Source: Candidatus Kaiserbacteria bacterium
GTDB lineage: Bacteria > Patescibacteriota > Minisyncoccia > Phycocordibacterales > UBA2100
DNA: 57,602 nt
Reading direction: 5' to 3'
Assembly (NCBI GenBank): GCA_003164215.1
Contig: PLSR01000017.1
Location: 148,029-205,630, forward strand
Shown: positions 18,739-29,135 of the stretch, piece by piece
Layout of the letters: each line of letters opens with the position of its first letter
Position numbering within the stretch: the first letter of the stretch is position 1
Notes under the pieces: model-generated
What the model saw: only the letters and a program-made list of their open reading frames with translations
What the model was told of the DNA's origin: nothing
Databases searched by the model: none
Program-made: the position numbers and the translations under genes

Positions 18739-19321
18739 GAACGTCTACCACGTTACTAAAGCCGATATAATTAAAATCCCACAAGTGGCTCAAGAGATCC
18801 TCCCGATTTACGACCTGGTTCGGGCGCCGCATGAAGTATTCGAGCAATCCGAATTCTTTGAGCGTGAGCGGGACATCTTCGCCGTTATGCTTCACCCAGC
18901 GCTCTGCCGCGTTGAGCTCAAGGTCGCCGACTGACAATATCTCCGGCAGTGCCTCCACGGGACGGCGCAATATCGCGCGAATACGCGCGGCAAGCTCTGC
19001 GAACGAGAATGGCTTCACGAGGTAGTCATCGGCCCCCGCGAGCAAGGTCTCGACCTTCGTTTCCGTCTCGGCTCGCGCGGTCAATATGAGGATCGGCAGG
19101 GTAATGCCCATCTCCCGCGATTGGCGCGTGATCTCACGGCCGTCCAAAGAGGGGAGCATCAGGTCAAGGATCACGAGATCATAATCGGCGCGATGCAAGG
19201 AAATGCGTGTCAGCGCCTTTTGCCCGTCGTTAATAATATCAACCGTGTACCCCTCCATTTCAAGCCCTTTCTTGATCGCAAGGGCGAGCTTCATTTCATC
19301 CTCTACCAGCAGTATTTTCAT
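18647..19321 (-). CDS. OmpR-family response regulator
   Basis: Receiver domain (ILLVEDE...DLMLPSLDG) plus a winged-helix output domain (VRGIGYRMV). Confidence 0.9.
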   Translation of the reverse strand: MKILLVEDEMKLALAIKKGLEMEGYTVDIINDGQKALTRISLHRADYDLVILDLMLPSLDGREITRQSREMGITLPILILTARAETETKVETLLAGADDYLVKPFSFAELAARIRAILRRPVEALPEILSVGDLELNAAERWVKHNGEDVPLTLKEFGLLEYFMRRPNQVVNREDLLSHLWDFNYIGFSNVVDVHVKNLRRKLDTGHGDVVLETVRGIGYRMVA

Positions 19322-19580
19322 AGGTTCTTGATCACTAAAATAGTCTAATTTCCCCTACGAGTAATATTACTCCTGGATTATGAAGATTTCATGATGGCAC
19401 GGAATCCACACTTGAATTTTACTCCATTGAAGCACTTTTGGTTTTTGCTATAGTACTCACGTACTAAGTCCTGCCTCGAAACAGGTCCGCCGGGCATAGA
19501 TAGAAATCGTCATCTGAAAGGGTGGCGATTTCTTATAACTCAAAAAGCTAGCGGACGGGGATTGGAACCCGTTGACGCGA

Positions 19581-20339
19581 TTATTTTGATATCGAATCCT
19601 GCTTGAGCATTTTTAACGCCTCTTCGACGGTCGTCATGAATTGCGCGGGGAAGATGATAGTGGAATTCTTCTCGGTCGCGATCTCGGCCATGGTCTGCAG
19701 CGTACGCAATTGCAGAGCGACGGGATGCGCGGTAATGATATCCGCCGCTTGACCGAGCTTCACCGACGCTTGGAACTCGCCTTCGGCTGCAACGATCTTC
19801 GCGCGGCGCTCGCGTTCGGCCTCCGCTTCCTTGGCCATCGCGCGCTGCATGTTGTCAGGCAGTTGGATGTCCTTGATCTCAACGGCAGTCACCGACGTGC
19901 CCCACGGCTCGGTGTGTCCATCAATAACGGTCTTGATCTCTTCGTTGATCTTCGCTGTCTCTGCAAGGAGCTGGTCGAGCGAGAAGCGACCGACGACATT
20001 TCGTACGGTCGTCTGGCTGATCTGATTTATGGCATTGTAAACATTCTCAATAGAGATGACCGCTTTCTCCGGATCGGAGATCTTATAGTAGGCGACCGCG
20101 GCGATGTCGATCGAGACGTTGTCTTTGGTGATGATCTTCTGCGATGGGATCTGCATGGTCACCGTGCGAAGTGAAATGCGCGTCATGGATTGAAAGGGGA
20201 CAAAGATCATCGTGATACCCGCGTCACGGACGCCCTTGAATTTGCCAAGCGTGAAAACGACACCGCGCTCATATTGATTGAGGACGCGGATCGAGATAAG
20301 AAGATAAAAAACGATGAATGCGAGGATGTAGTAAGCCAT
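19581..20339 (-). CDS. SPFH / band-7 (stomatin-like) membrane protein
   Basis: N-terminal TM segment followed by [12 protein letters not shown]... and an Ala/Glu-rich coiled coil. Confidence 0.85.
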   Translation of the reverse strand: MAYYILAFIVFYLLISIRVLNQYERGVVFTLGKFKGVRDAGITMIFVPFQSMTRISLRTVTMQIPSQKIITKDNVSIDIAAVAYYKISDPEKAVISIENVYNAINQISQTTVRNVVGRFSLDQLLAETAKINEEIKTVIDGHTEPWGTSVTAVEIKDIQLPDNMQRAMAKEAEAERERRAKIVAAEGEFQASVKLGQAADIITAHPVALQLRTLQTMAEIATEKNSTIIFPAQFMTTVEEALKMLKQDSISK

Positions 20340-20357
20340 ATACGTATACTTGTTATC

Positions 20358-21254
20358 TTATAAAGCGAGGTGTTTCAAAAAGTCTCTGAAATGCCCGTTC
20401 AAGTCAGGATGCTTCAGACCGAATTCGACGACCGTCTTCAGATATTCGAGCTTATTGCCGCAATCGTGATACCTGCCGTTCTTTATCTCGAGCGCATAGG
20501 CAGTGTGGCCCTCCTTCAAGAGAATGTCGAGTGCATCGGTGTAGACCAATTCACGGTGCGAGTTCTCGGACACCAATTTTTCCATCGCTTTTTCTATGGC
20601 GTCGAAGATCGATGGCTCATAGAGATAACCGGAGACCATTGCATAATCGGAATCGATGCCGCCAAGCCCCGGCTTTTCAACGACCTTCTCGATCTTGAGC
20701 AACCCTGACTCCTCTTCCTTGCCGGAGGCGAACCCGTACCGTTCGTAATCTTCTTTCGTGCTCGCGCGTATGCACGAAACGATCGCACTGCCGCCGTGCT
20801 TCTCGTATGCGTCGACGAGCTGTTGGCTCCGACTCGGCGTGGCATCGAAGAAATCATCACCAAAAAGAACGAGGAATGGCTCGTCGCCGACGAAGTCCTT
20901 CGCGTTCCAGATCGGCGTGGCATTCCCGAGGGGGCCCTTTTGCCGAAGATAATGGAAGCTCGCAAGATTGGCTATAGCGCGAACTTCTTCTAGCTGCTTC
21001 ATCTTGCCCGCTTCTTCGAGCCGATGTTCAAGCTCGTACGAGTAATCGAAATGATCCTCAATAGAACGCTTGGTGAACCCGGTCACGATGAGAATATCCT
21101 CGATCCCGGCGCTGATCGCATCCTCCACGACGTACTGGATAACGGGCTTATCAACGATCGGCAGCATCTCCTTAGGCATTGCCTTGGTCGCGGGCAGAAA
21201 TCGTGTGCCGAAGCCTGCGGCGGGGATCACCGCCTTCCGTACCTTTTTTGTCAT
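20358..21254 (-). CDS. galU: UTP--glucose-1-phosphate uridylyltransferase
   Basis: KAVIPAAGFGTRFLPATKAMPKEMLPIVDKP is the canonical GalU N-terminus. Confidence 0.9.
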   Translation of the reverse strand: MTKKVRKAVIPAAGFGTRFLPATKAMPKEMLPIVDKPVIQYVVEDAISAGIEDILIVTGFTKRSIEDHFDYSYELEHRLEEAGKMKQLEEVRAIANLASFHYLRQKGPLGNATPIWNAKDFVGDEPFLVLFGDDFFDATPSRSQQLVDAYEKHGGSAIVSCIRASTKEDYERYGFASGKEEESGLLKIEKVVEKPGLGGIDSDYAMVSGYLYEPSIFDAIEKAMEKLVSENSHRELVYTDALDILLKEGHTAYALEIKNGRYHDCGNKLEYLKTVVEFGLKHPDLNGHFRDFLKHLAL

Positions 21255-21582
21255 GGAGCCATCCTAGCAACGACTTGCTAAAACATAAAGCAATGGCGGT
21301 TCATAACTGCGATGCGCCGGAGGGCCGCGTGCTTCAAGCACTACGGCCCTCCGGCTCACCCGATACTCAGTTGCATAGAAGAATCTTCTATACACTGCGA
21401 AACGGAATCTTCTATTGTTCGATCATGCATAGGTCATAGTGCATGAGCTCGTAAGAAAGACCGATGTCGCACCGCGCGCGATCGAACCGTGCTACCCGGC
21501 TTCCGAAGAAGTTGCACAAAGTATTCGAATGAGATGCGACCTACGGGATAGTGTACGAAATCAAAATGAAGCGTAGGTGAAG

Positions 21583-22002
21583 CTATACCCACAATCCCAA
21601 GACCGCACCGATGATCACCAGTCCAACGAGATAGTAACCTGCGTTGATGAACCATAACTTCCACGGTTTGTTGTCCCACAAGACGATGCTCAAGGAGACC
21701 GGCACGATGAAGCCGAGCCAATTCATGACTCCGACGAGCATGCCTGCGAATGCGCCGCTGACCTGCATAAAGCTTTCGGCGAAGATGATCGCGTGAGCGA
21801 GGATGAATGACATGAGGAATGCGCCGAGTGTCATGATAAGGTAGCGCGTCTTCGCGCCCTTTTTGTTCGCCGCATGATGTTCGTGGGTGAAGCCCATGGC
21901 GGCGGACCAATGGCTCCCGAAGATCGGTCCGTACCACGCGTAACCGAGGATCATCATCAATATCGTCGAGGCGATGATCGCGAGATAATTGACAGGTACC
22001 AT
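21583..22002 (-). CDS. DUF1761-family membrane protein
   Basis: 139 aa with 4 TM segments. N-terminus NYLAIIASTILMMILGYAWYGPIFG. Confidence 0.55.
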   Translation of the reverse strand: MVPVNYLAIIASTILMMILGYAWYGPIFGSHWSAAMGFTHEHHAANKKGAKTRYLIMTLGAFLMSFILAHAIIFAESFMQVSGAFAGMLVGVMNWLGFIVPVSLSIVLWDNKPWKLWFINAGYYLVGLVIIGAVLGLWV

Positions 22003-22158
22003 AGGCGAAGAGGAGTGCGTTTAGGATGCCCAATAATGCCTAAACTGTATCACAAAACGGACAGTGGATAACACGGCTAGCTTCTCTCGTGGATAAGCAC
22101 CATACTTTCTCGCAGGTACGCGGGTCGAATTACAAACCAATTTTTTCAATCTCTCATT

Positions 22159-22395
22159 ATGAAATCATTGCATATGGTCGCATGGGTGCTCGTCATGATC
22201 GGCGGCATCAACTGGCTCCTCATCGGTATCGGTGGCTTCGTCGGCGCCGACTGGAACGTCGTGCACCTGATCCTCGGATCATGGCCGACGGTCGAATGGC
22301 TCGTCTATCTGCTCGTCGGCATCTCGGCGGTGTACGAGATCGTGAAGCACAAAGGTATGTGCAAGGAATGCTCGGCTCCGAAGTCGGGAATGTAA
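22159..22395 (+). CDS. DUF378-family small membrane protein
   Basis: 78 aa with a GGINWLLIG motif. Confidence 0.65.
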   Translation: MKSLHMVAWVLVMIGGINWLLIGIGGFVGADWNVVHLILGSWPTVEWLVYLLVGISAVYEIVKHKGMCKECSAPKSGM

Positions 22396-22424
22396 GGTTT
22401 TCGATAGAATGGTCAGTAGCGGAA

Positions 22425-22450
22425 GCGGCGGCCCCTTAAGGGGCCGCCGC
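22425..22450 (+). terminator. GC-rich 13+13 nt perfect palindrome downstream of the DUF378 gene
   Basis: gcggcggcccctt/aaggggccgccgc. No T-tract follows. Confidence 0.4.
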
Positions 22451-22548
22451 GTTGCGTACCACCGTTTCAAAAAGAATTCATGATATTTGGATGAGCTCGA
22501 AAGAAAATTGGAGAAATAAAATTATCGTAGCCGCGGTAGTAAGGGCAT

Positions 22549-23514
22549 ATGACACGATTCAAATATATTCTGCTCATCATGAGCGCCGTTCTTTTTGGCA
22601 TCCTTCCCGCGTTGGCGTTCGCACAGACGACCGGTGCGGCACAAGGATTGAGCGGGACGACCGCATTCAACTGGTCCGGTTATGTCTCGGATAACGGTAC
22701 GTATACCGCCATACGTGGCAGTTGGGTCGTCCCGACGATCACCGCGGTGAGTTCAACGAACGCAGCGGATGCGACATGGGTCGGCATCGGCGGCGTCCTC
22801 TCGCATGATCTCATTCAGGCTGGAACGGAAGCAGTGCCCAACACCTCGGGAGGGATCAACTACCAAGCATGGTACGAACTTTTGCCCGGGGCGTCGCAGA
22901 CGGTGCCCCTTTCCGTGCATCCGGGAGATAGTATGAATGTTTCCGTAACTCAAGAATCGAATGCGAGCGGTCTATGGGCTATCTCGTTCACCGACATGAC
23001 GACGGGACAGTCGTACAGCACGACGGTCAGTTATGCATCGTCACTCTCGTCCGCAGAGTGGATCGAAGAGATGCCGGCAGGTGTAGGTACGAGCATTTCG
23101 CTCGACGATTTTGGCGTGGTCAATTTCTCCGGCGGCTCGACGGTACAAAATGGAAGCTCGGTGACTATTTCCGGTTCAGGCGCACAACCGCTGACCATGG
23201 CGAATGAAATGGATCAGCTGCTTGCGGTACCGTCCGCGCTTGGCTCCGACGGTGCGAGCTTCTCGATCACGAGGACGGATGCAGCATCAAGTGCGATCGG
23301 CATCGGCGATCCGTTCGGCGGGAGGACATTCATCACGAGCATTCCAACACCCAACGGTAACGTATCGACCGGGACGACAAGCATCGCTGTCTCGTACGGT
23401 AGCGGATATGGAGTTCGTGACTGGCATCGTACCTACCATTCATATTCTTACTCGATGACCGGTGGCAATGAGACCATTCGCCTCGTCATAGCGGGCGGCT
23501 CTTTCGGACGCTGA
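22549..23514 (+). CDS. secreted peptidase G1 (eqolisin / Peptidase_A4)-like protein
   Basis: Signal peptide, then NWSGY...GSWVVP...WVGIGG...IQAGTE...YQAWYELLP, the Gln/Glu dyad pattern of glutamic peptidases. Confidence 0.6.
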   Translation: MTRFKYILLIMSAVLFGILPALAFAQTTGAAQGLSGTTAFNWSGYVSDNGTYTAIRGSWVVPTITAVSSTNAADATWVGIGGVLSHDLIQAGTEAVPNTSGGINYQAWYELLPGASQTVPLSVHPGDSMNVSVTQESNASGLWAISFTDMTTGQSYSTTVSYASSLSSAEWIEEMPAGVGTSISLDDFGVVNFSGGSTVQNGSSVTISGSGAQPLTMANEMDQLLAVPSALGSDGASFSITRTDAASSAIGIGDPFGGRTFITSIPTPNGNVSTGTTSIAVSYGSGYGVRDWHRTYHSYSYSMTGGNETIRLVIAGGSFGR

Positions 23515-23517
23515 ACT

Positions 23518-23922
23518 TTAAGAAAGTGTCGCGGTGCAATGCGGGCATCGTGTCGCGTCGGCGGCGAGATCCGGCATTTTGCAGAACGGGCAGACTTTGG
23601 TCGGAGCCGGTTCCGGCGCCGGCCCCTTGAATCGCGCGAGTAGCTTGTTCACGGGGAGGACGACGAAGAAATAGATCGCCGTTGCGTCGATGAGGAAGGC
23701 GATGAGCGCGTTAATGAAATCGCCGTACATGAACTTACTGCCATTTATCATGAACACGAGGCTGGAGAAATCCGGCTGAGTGAAGATCGCGGCGATCAAG
23801 GGTGTAATGAAGTCCTTCACTAGTCCGGTGACGACCGCGGTGAATGCCGCGCCGATCGCGACGCCGACGGCGAGGTCGACGACGTTGCCACGCAAGATGA
23901 AATCCCGAAATCCTTTTACCAT
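23518..23922 (-). CDS. mscL: large-conductance mechanosensitive channel with C-terminal CxxC...CxxC ribbon
   Basis: FRDFILRGNVVDLAVGVAIGAAF is the canonical MscL N-terminus. The C-terminus is CPFCKMPDLAADATRCPHC. Confidence 0.9.
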   Translation of the reverse strand: MVKGFRDFILRGNVVDLAVGVAIGAAFTAVVTGLVKDFITPLIAAIFTQPDFSSLVFMINGSKFMYGDFINALIAFLIDATAIYFFVVLPVNKLLARFKGPAPEPAPTKVCPFCKMPDLAADATRCPHCTATLS

Positions 23923-23972
23923 ATGGTTACTCGTGCTAGTGAATAAGTTACACGATATATGGTAGCAATCTG

Positions 23973-25661
23973 ATGGCGAGTCGCAACTTCATACAACCCA
24001 CAATAGAATATGGTATAATAAAAGATACTATGGGTGCCGTTACAACTCTACGGAAATCATTCCGCACGATCAAGCTTCGTTACCGTATCGGCGGTGCCGT
24101 TGTGCTCGTGCTCGTCATCCTACTCGGCTGGCATTTCACGCACTCGGCCGCGTCGGTGGCGACGACGACGCCCGCCGTCACTCATGTGACGCTCGCGTCG
24201 GTCTCAAGTTTGTCGAATCAGGCCGGCCCGCTTCAGGTGACCGGGACGGTCACGTCGCTCTCGCAGGCGACGGTGCTTGCACAGAGCTCGGGCGAGATCG
24301 TCTCGCTCGCGCACGCGCTCGGCGATCAAGTCGCCGCGGGCGCGGTCATTGCCAGTTTCGATACCAGTAGCCAGCAAGCTGCCGTTTTGCAAGCACAAGG
24401 CGCCTATGAGGCCGCGCAGGCCGCGCTTAGTAACGCCAGCGGAAATACCGCACAGAATTCGAATGTGACCTCCTCGCAGGCGAGCCAGAACGCGCAAAAT
24501 ACGGGGGCATCAGCTTTGGCAACGCTCGAAAGTACATACACCTCGCTCGATGATGCGGTGCATACCAAGGCCGACACACTTTTCAGCAATCCGCGCAGTA
24601 CCAATCCCACATTGATCGGTCTGACCGTTCCGAATGGACAACTCGTCGTAACGCTTGAGAATGAGCGCCTTGCGTTGGAGCCCACCTTAAGTGACGCGCA
24701 ATCGATAACCGCGAATGATTCGATGGCCGACATCGACACGAATATCGCCGCGATGTCTGCTGATGTGCAGACGGTACAGACCTTCCTCGACAATATGGTT
24801 CTCATGATCAACCAAGCGGTGCCCAACCAGGTCGTTTCCGCAAGCGGCATCGCGGCGTATCAGGCCACGATAACAGCAGCGCGTGCTGAAGTTGTCGCGA
24901 GCATGTCCGCACTTGCCGGAGCAAAGAGCTCATACGATGCCTCGCTCGCGGGAGCCGCGACTGCGGCGAATTCGGCGACCGGCGGTACGAGTAACAGTAT
25001 TGCCGGTGCGCAGGCAAATGTGAAATCCGCGCTCGGTTCGCTCGACGCTGCACAGGCGAATCTTGAAAAGGCGATCGTGCGTTCACCGATCTCCGGCACG
25101 ATCGTGAGCCTTTCCGTCACGCAAGGGGATTATGTCTCGTCTTTCGCTCCGGTCGCGGTGATCTCAAATCCGGGTGCGCTTGAGGTCGACACCTACGTGA
25201 CCTCCGATGACGCCAAGACGCTCGCGATCGGCGGCACGGCAGTGATCGACGGAACGAACAGCAGTCCAACGCCGGGCACGATCGTATTCATCGCGCCTGC
25301 CTTGGATCCGACGACCGGAAAGATCGAAGTGAAGATCGGCATAACGGGGAGCCAGAGCTCTCTCACCGACGGCAGCACGGTCACCGTTGCGCTCACGCGT
25401 TCGACAACGACGAACACCGCCGCCGGTTCTCCGACGAACACACCCATCACCATCCCGATCGCAGCGGCAAAGATCACGCCGACGGGGCCGGTCGTGTTCA
25501 CGGTAAGCTCGTCGACCCTCGTCGCGAACCCCGTCGTCTTCGGCGCGATCGCGGCCGACCAGGTCGTGATCGTAAGCGGCATCACGCCGGAGACCGATAT
25601 CGTCACGGATGCGCGCGGGCTCTCTGAAGGGGAGACCGTCATCGTCGACCCCGGCACCTGA
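23973..25661 (+). CDS. efflux RND periplasmic adaptor (membrane fusion protein), long Ala/Ser/Thr-rich form
   Basis: N-terminal TM segment, coiled-coil hairpin region, and RSPISGTIVSLSVTQGDYV (lipoyl/beta-barrel). An alternative start lies at 24030. Confidence 0.75.
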   Translation: MASRNFIQPTIEYGIIKDTMGAVTTLRKSFRTIKLRYRIGGAVVLVLVILLGWHFTHSAASVATTTPAVTHVTLASVSSLSNQAGPLQVTGTVTSLSQATVLAQSSGEIVSLAHALGDQVAAGAVIASFDTSSQQAAVLQAQGAYEAAQAALSNASGNTAQNSNVTSSQASQNAQNTGASALATLESTYTSLDDAVHTKADTLFSNPRSTNPTLIGLTVPNGQLVVTLENERLALEPTLSDAQSITANDSMADIDTNIAAMSADVQTVQTFLDNMVLMINQAVPNQVVSASGIAAYQATITAARAEVVASMSALAGAKSSYDASLAGAATAANSATGGTSNSIAGAQANVKSALGSLDAAQANLEKAIVRSPISGTIVSLSVTQGDYVSSFAPVAVISNPGALEVDTYVTSDDAKTLAIGGTAVIDGTNSSPTPGTIVFIAPALDPTTGKIEVKIGITGSQSSLTDGSTVTVALTRSTTTNTAAGSPTNTPITIPIAAAKITPTGPVVFTVSSSTLVANPVVFGAIAADQVVIVSGITPETDIVTDARGLSEGETVIVDPGT

Positions 25662-25665
25662 TCAT

Positions 25666-28600
25666 ATGCTGTGGCTCTGGAATTTTTTCCTTGACCGACG
25701 GCAACTGTCCTACGTCCTCGTGACCGTGCTGATACTCGCCGGCAGCTATTCGCTCTTGGAGATCCCGAAAGAGAATCTCCCCTCGATCGATATCCCGGAA
25801 GGGGTCGTCACGACGACCTTGCCGGGTGCGACCGCTGAAGACATGGAGACGCTGGTCACCGATAAGCTCGAACCGCAGATCGCCGGCATTGCCAACATCG
25901 ACACCATCACATCCGATTCAGTGGATGGTGTGTCGAGTATCGTCGTCCAATTCACCGCAAATGCGGACATTAATCAATCTATCCAAGACTTGCGTGACGC
26001 GGTGGCGCAAGCGGTGCCGAATCTTCCGGCGGATGCGAACACGCCATTGGTGTCGAAGATCAATTTCAGCAATCAGCCGATCTTGGTCGCTTCGATCTCG
26101 GGGAATCTAACGCCCTTAGAATTTTCCGCGCTCGGGACGACGATCTCGAATGATCTTACGAACATCCCGGGCGTCTCGAACGTCGATGTGGCCGGCGTCC
26201 CCCCGCGTGAGGTGGACGTCGTCGTCAACAAAGAGAGCCTCGCACAATACGGGCTCACCTTGACCGGCGTCATTTCTGCGATCAGCGCGGCCAACGCCGC
26301 TTTGCCCGCCGGCTCGATCTCGATGGACAACGTTAATTACAACGTTAATTTTCAGGGCGGCATAACCGATCCGAGCGAGATCCAAAATATCGTCGTCGGT
26401 ACGCAGGGCGGCGCACCGATCTATGTGCGCGACATCGCGGCGGTTTCCGACGGCCTTGCGCCCCCCACGACCTATTCACGGTTGTCGCTTTCGGGCAAAC
26501 CGAGCAATCCGGCGATAACGTTGACTGTATTTAGGCAGTCAGGTGCCGACATTCAAGCGACCGCGAACGCAGTCAAAAAAGAGCTCACATCTCTGCAGTC
26601 TACGACGCTCGCCGGCCTCGATCTCTACGTGTCGCCGTCGACCGATCAGGGCGTTCAGATCGGTAAACAACTCGGCAGCCTCACGCAAACCGGGTTCGAG
26701 ACCGTGCTCCTCGTCATCGCGGTCTTGCTTATCACGATCGGTTGGCGAGAGTCGCTCGTCGCGGCCATGGCGATACCGCTCTCATTTCTCATTGCGTTCA
26801 TCGGCTTGTATCTGACCGGCAATACGCTCAATTTCATCAGCCTCTTCGCGTTGATCCTTGCCGTCGGCATTCTCGTGGATTCCGGCATCGTCGTCACCGA
26901 AGCGATCCATACGCGCATGAAGATCTACGGCGAACCGATGGCCGCGGCACGCGCAGCTTTGCATGATTATGCGTGGCCCTTGATCGCCGGCACGATGGCG
27001 ACGGTCGCGGTCTTCGCTCCGCTCTTTTTCATCTCCGGCATCATCGGCAAATTCATCGCCGGCATCCCGTACACGTTGATCTTCGTCCTCATCGCGTCGA
27101 TCTTCGTCGCCCTCGGCATCGTGCCGTTGATCGCAGTCCTCTTTACCAAGAAAACCCCGAACCGTTTCGAACAAAGGCAGGAAGAATATACGACGCGCTT
27201 CACGAATTGGTATACCTCGAAATTGCGGGTGATGCTCGAACACCGCCAGTATCAGAATATTTTCATCTGGACCCTTATCGGTCTGTTCGTCCTCTCGCTC
27301 ACGTTGCCGTTCACCGGCATTGTCCAGACGACATTCTTCCCGCAGAGCGATCAGGATTTCATTTATATCAACATACAAAAACCGGAAGGCACGACGCTCG
27401 CCGAGACTGACCTCGCTGCGCGTGAGGTGGAGGAAATTCTTTACACCGATCCGGACATCGCATCCTTGCAGACGACGGTCGGGCAAAGCTCATCACTGAC
27501 CGGCGGCGGCTCTTCGGGGAGCAATCAAGCGAACATCACGGTCAACCTGCCCGCGGGCCACAAAAAATCGAGCACGCAGATCTCAGATGATCTCACGGCC
27601 AAGCTCGCCGTCGTGACCGATGCAACCGTACAAGTTTTGCAAGCAAGCAGCGGACCGACTGCCGGCGCACCGATCCAGATCCAATTCGAAGGTACGAATC
27701 TCAACGATCTCATCACTGCTGCCGATCGTGGTGGCCAGATGCTCGCGACCATTCCGCATGTGATCAACATCACGACATCGACGCAAAGCAACGGTAGCGA
27801 GTTCGACCTCACGATCGACCGCGCAAAAGCGGCGGCATTCGGCCTCAATACTCAGACAGTCGCAGAGACCCTGCGCGCGGCGATCACCGGCATGAAGGCG
27901 ACGACGATCACTTTACCGAGTCAGAACATCGACGTCGTCGTGAAGCTTGATCTTAATTCAGCGAATACCGATCCGAATGCGACGACGCAGGCCACGATCG
28001 ACGACGTGAAGAACATTTCGATCCAGGGTCCGACGCAATCCGTGCTCCTGGGCTCAATCCTTAACGATTCCTTGGGTGCGGCCAACGCCGACATCGCGCA
28101 CAACGATCAGAACCGCATCGAGACGGTCTCCGCATATCCCGATAGCAAGACGACGACCTCGGCTGTCGTCGCGGCGTTCCAGAAACGCATTGGGGAATTA
28201 AATCTGCCGGCGGGCGTTTCCGTCTCCTATGGCGGCGAGACGCAGAGCATCACCCAATCGTTCACGCAGATGTTCATCGCTATCTTGGCCGGGCTCGTCC
28301 TCATGTTCGTCATCCTCATTATCGCGTTCAACTCGATCCGATACAGTCTCTACTTGCTCTCGATCGTTCCACTTTCCTTGATCGGTGTTCTCGACGGTCT
28401 TGCATTCACGGGGCAACCTGTCTCGTTCACGTCTCTGCTCGGCGTTATCGGGCTCGGCGGCGTCATTATCAACCATGCGATCATTCTTATGGACTCGATG
28501 ATCCATCACCGGAAGGAGCAACCGAACAAACCGATCATCGATGTCGTCGTGGATTCGGCGGCGATGCGCTTACGCCCGATCTTTCTTACGACCGTGACGA

Positions 28601-28761
28601 CGGTGATCGGCATGATTCCGCTTTCCATGTCGAACGCGACGTGGGGACCCTTCGCCTTCGCGGTCATGTTCGGGCTCACCTTCGCGATCTGTCTCACGCT
28701 CGTCCTCGTGCCGGTCTTATTTTTCAGGGCTCCGCATAAAAAGGCCGAGACTGCCACATAA
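25666..28761 (+). CDS. RND efflux transporter permease (AcrB/HAE family)
   Basis: About 1031 aa with a 12-TM architecture and two large loops. The ATG at 25666 lies 5 nt after the MFP stop. The track start at 25609 overlaps the MFP gene. Confidence 0.9.
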   Translation: MLWLWNFFLDRRQLSYVLVTVLILAGSYSLLEIPKENLPSIDIPEGVVTTTLPGATAEDMETLVTDKLEPQIAGIANIDTITSDSVDGVSSIVVQFTANADINQSIQDLRDAVAQAVPNLPADANTPLVSKINFSNQPILVASISGNLTPLEFSALGTTISNDLTNIPGVSNVDVAGVPPREVDVVVNKESLAQYGLTLTGVISAISAANAALPAGSISMDNVNYNVNFQGGITDPSEIQNIVVGTQGGAPIYVRDIAAVSDGLAPPTTYSRLSLSGKPSNPAITLTVFRQSGADIQATANAVKKELTSLQSTTLAGLDLYVSPSTDQGVQIGKQLGSLTQTGFETVLLVIAVLLITIGWRESLVAAMAIPLSFLIAFIGLYLTGNTLNFISLFALILAVGILVDSGIVVTEAIHTRMKIYGEPMAAARAALHDYAWPLIAGTMATVAVFAPLFFISGIIGKFIAGIPYTLIFVLIASIFVALGIVPLIAVLFTKKTPNRFEQRQEEYTTRFTNWYTSKLRVMLEHRQYQNIFIWTLIGLFVLSLTLPFTGIVQTTFFPQSDQDFIYINIQKPEGTTLAETDLAAREVEEILYTDPDIASLQTTVGQSSSLTGGGSSGSNQANITVNLPAGHKKSSTQISDDLTAKLAVVTDATVQVLQASSGPTAGAPIQIQFEGTNLNDLITAADRGGQMLATIPHVINITTSTQSNGSEFDLTIDRAKAAAFGLNTQTVAETLRAAITGMKATTITLPSQNIDVVVKLDLNSANTDPNATTQATIDDVKNISIQGPTQSVLLGSILNDSLGAANADIAHNDQNRIETVSAYPDSKTTTSAVVAAFQKRIGELNLPAGVSVSYGGETQSITQSFTQMFIAILAGLVLMFVILIIAFNSIRYSLYLLSIVPLSLIGVLDGLAFTGQPVSFTSLLGVIGLGGVIINHAIILMDSMIHHRKEQPNKPIIDVVVDSAAMRLRPIFLTTVTTVIGMIPLSMSNATWGPFAFAVMFGLTFAICLTLVLVPVLFFRAPHKKAETAT

Positions 28762-28777
28762 GTTATTTAAATATGTT

Positions 28778-28808
28778 CGAGTCCGGAGGATTAGATCCTC
28801 CGGACTCG
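28778..28808. terminator. 14-bp perfect hairpin between the convergent RND and usg-like genes
   Basis: cgagtccggaggat-tag-atcctccggactcg. Confidence 0.55.
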
Positions 28809-28814
28809 GGTAAT

Positions 28815-29093
28815 TCAATGCAACGCGAACTGCGCTTTGACAGTGCGGATCTCCGCCGGCCGGATCAAACGAACATGCGCGACACGGACGGAGTGCAATG
28901 GCCCGTCGAGACTCGCATTCCAAAAATCGAGGAACTTGTGCAGCACCGGAAATTCAGGCGCCAGATCGTAGTCCTGCCAGATGTACGTCTGTAGGATCAA
29001 GCGATAGTCCGGCAATCGGTAGAGGATCTCGGCGGTGGTCAGGCAGAATCCCTTGAGTTGGCGGACGAAATCGTCGGAGACGCGGGAAGCCAT
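28815..29093 (-). CDS. usg: Usg-family protein
   Basis: 92 aa. LTTAEILYRLPDY..LQTYIWQDYDLAPEFP.LHKFLDFW...LDGPLHSVRVAH..LIRPAE matches my recollection of Usg-like (PF06233) proteins. AAGGAGAG Shine-Dalgarno upstream. Confidence 0.6.
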   Translation of the reverse strand: MASRVSDDFVRQLKGFCLTTAEILYRLPDYRLILQTYIWQDYDLAPEFPVLHKFLDFWNASLDGPLHSVRVAHVRLIRPAEIRTVKAQFALH

Positions 29094-29135
29094 GGCCTCT
29101 CTCCTTCTGGCAGTCCTAGGGGAAGTAAAGACGAA

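Noticed and set aside
21255-21582. The 330-nt gap upstream of galU, with an 11-bp GC hairpin (21317-21354) and a direct repeat GAATCTTCTAT x2, as a possible ncRNA or riboswitch.
   Set aside because: No recognisable riboswitch core is present. The hairpin plausibly terminates the upstream DUF1761 gene, and the repeats plausibly belong to the galU promoter. Evidence is insufficient to call a feature.
21434-22033. 199-aa minus-strand ORF overlapping the DUF1761 gene in another frame.
   Set aside because: It has Arg/His-rich shadow-frame composition. The overlapping frame encodes a coherent 4-TM membrane protein.
23518-23600. C-terminal CxxC...CxxC ribbon on MscL as a novelty.
   Set aside because: As far as I recall, similar Cys-ribbon tails occur on MscL homologues in several phyla. 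I note it in the feature but do not report it as new.
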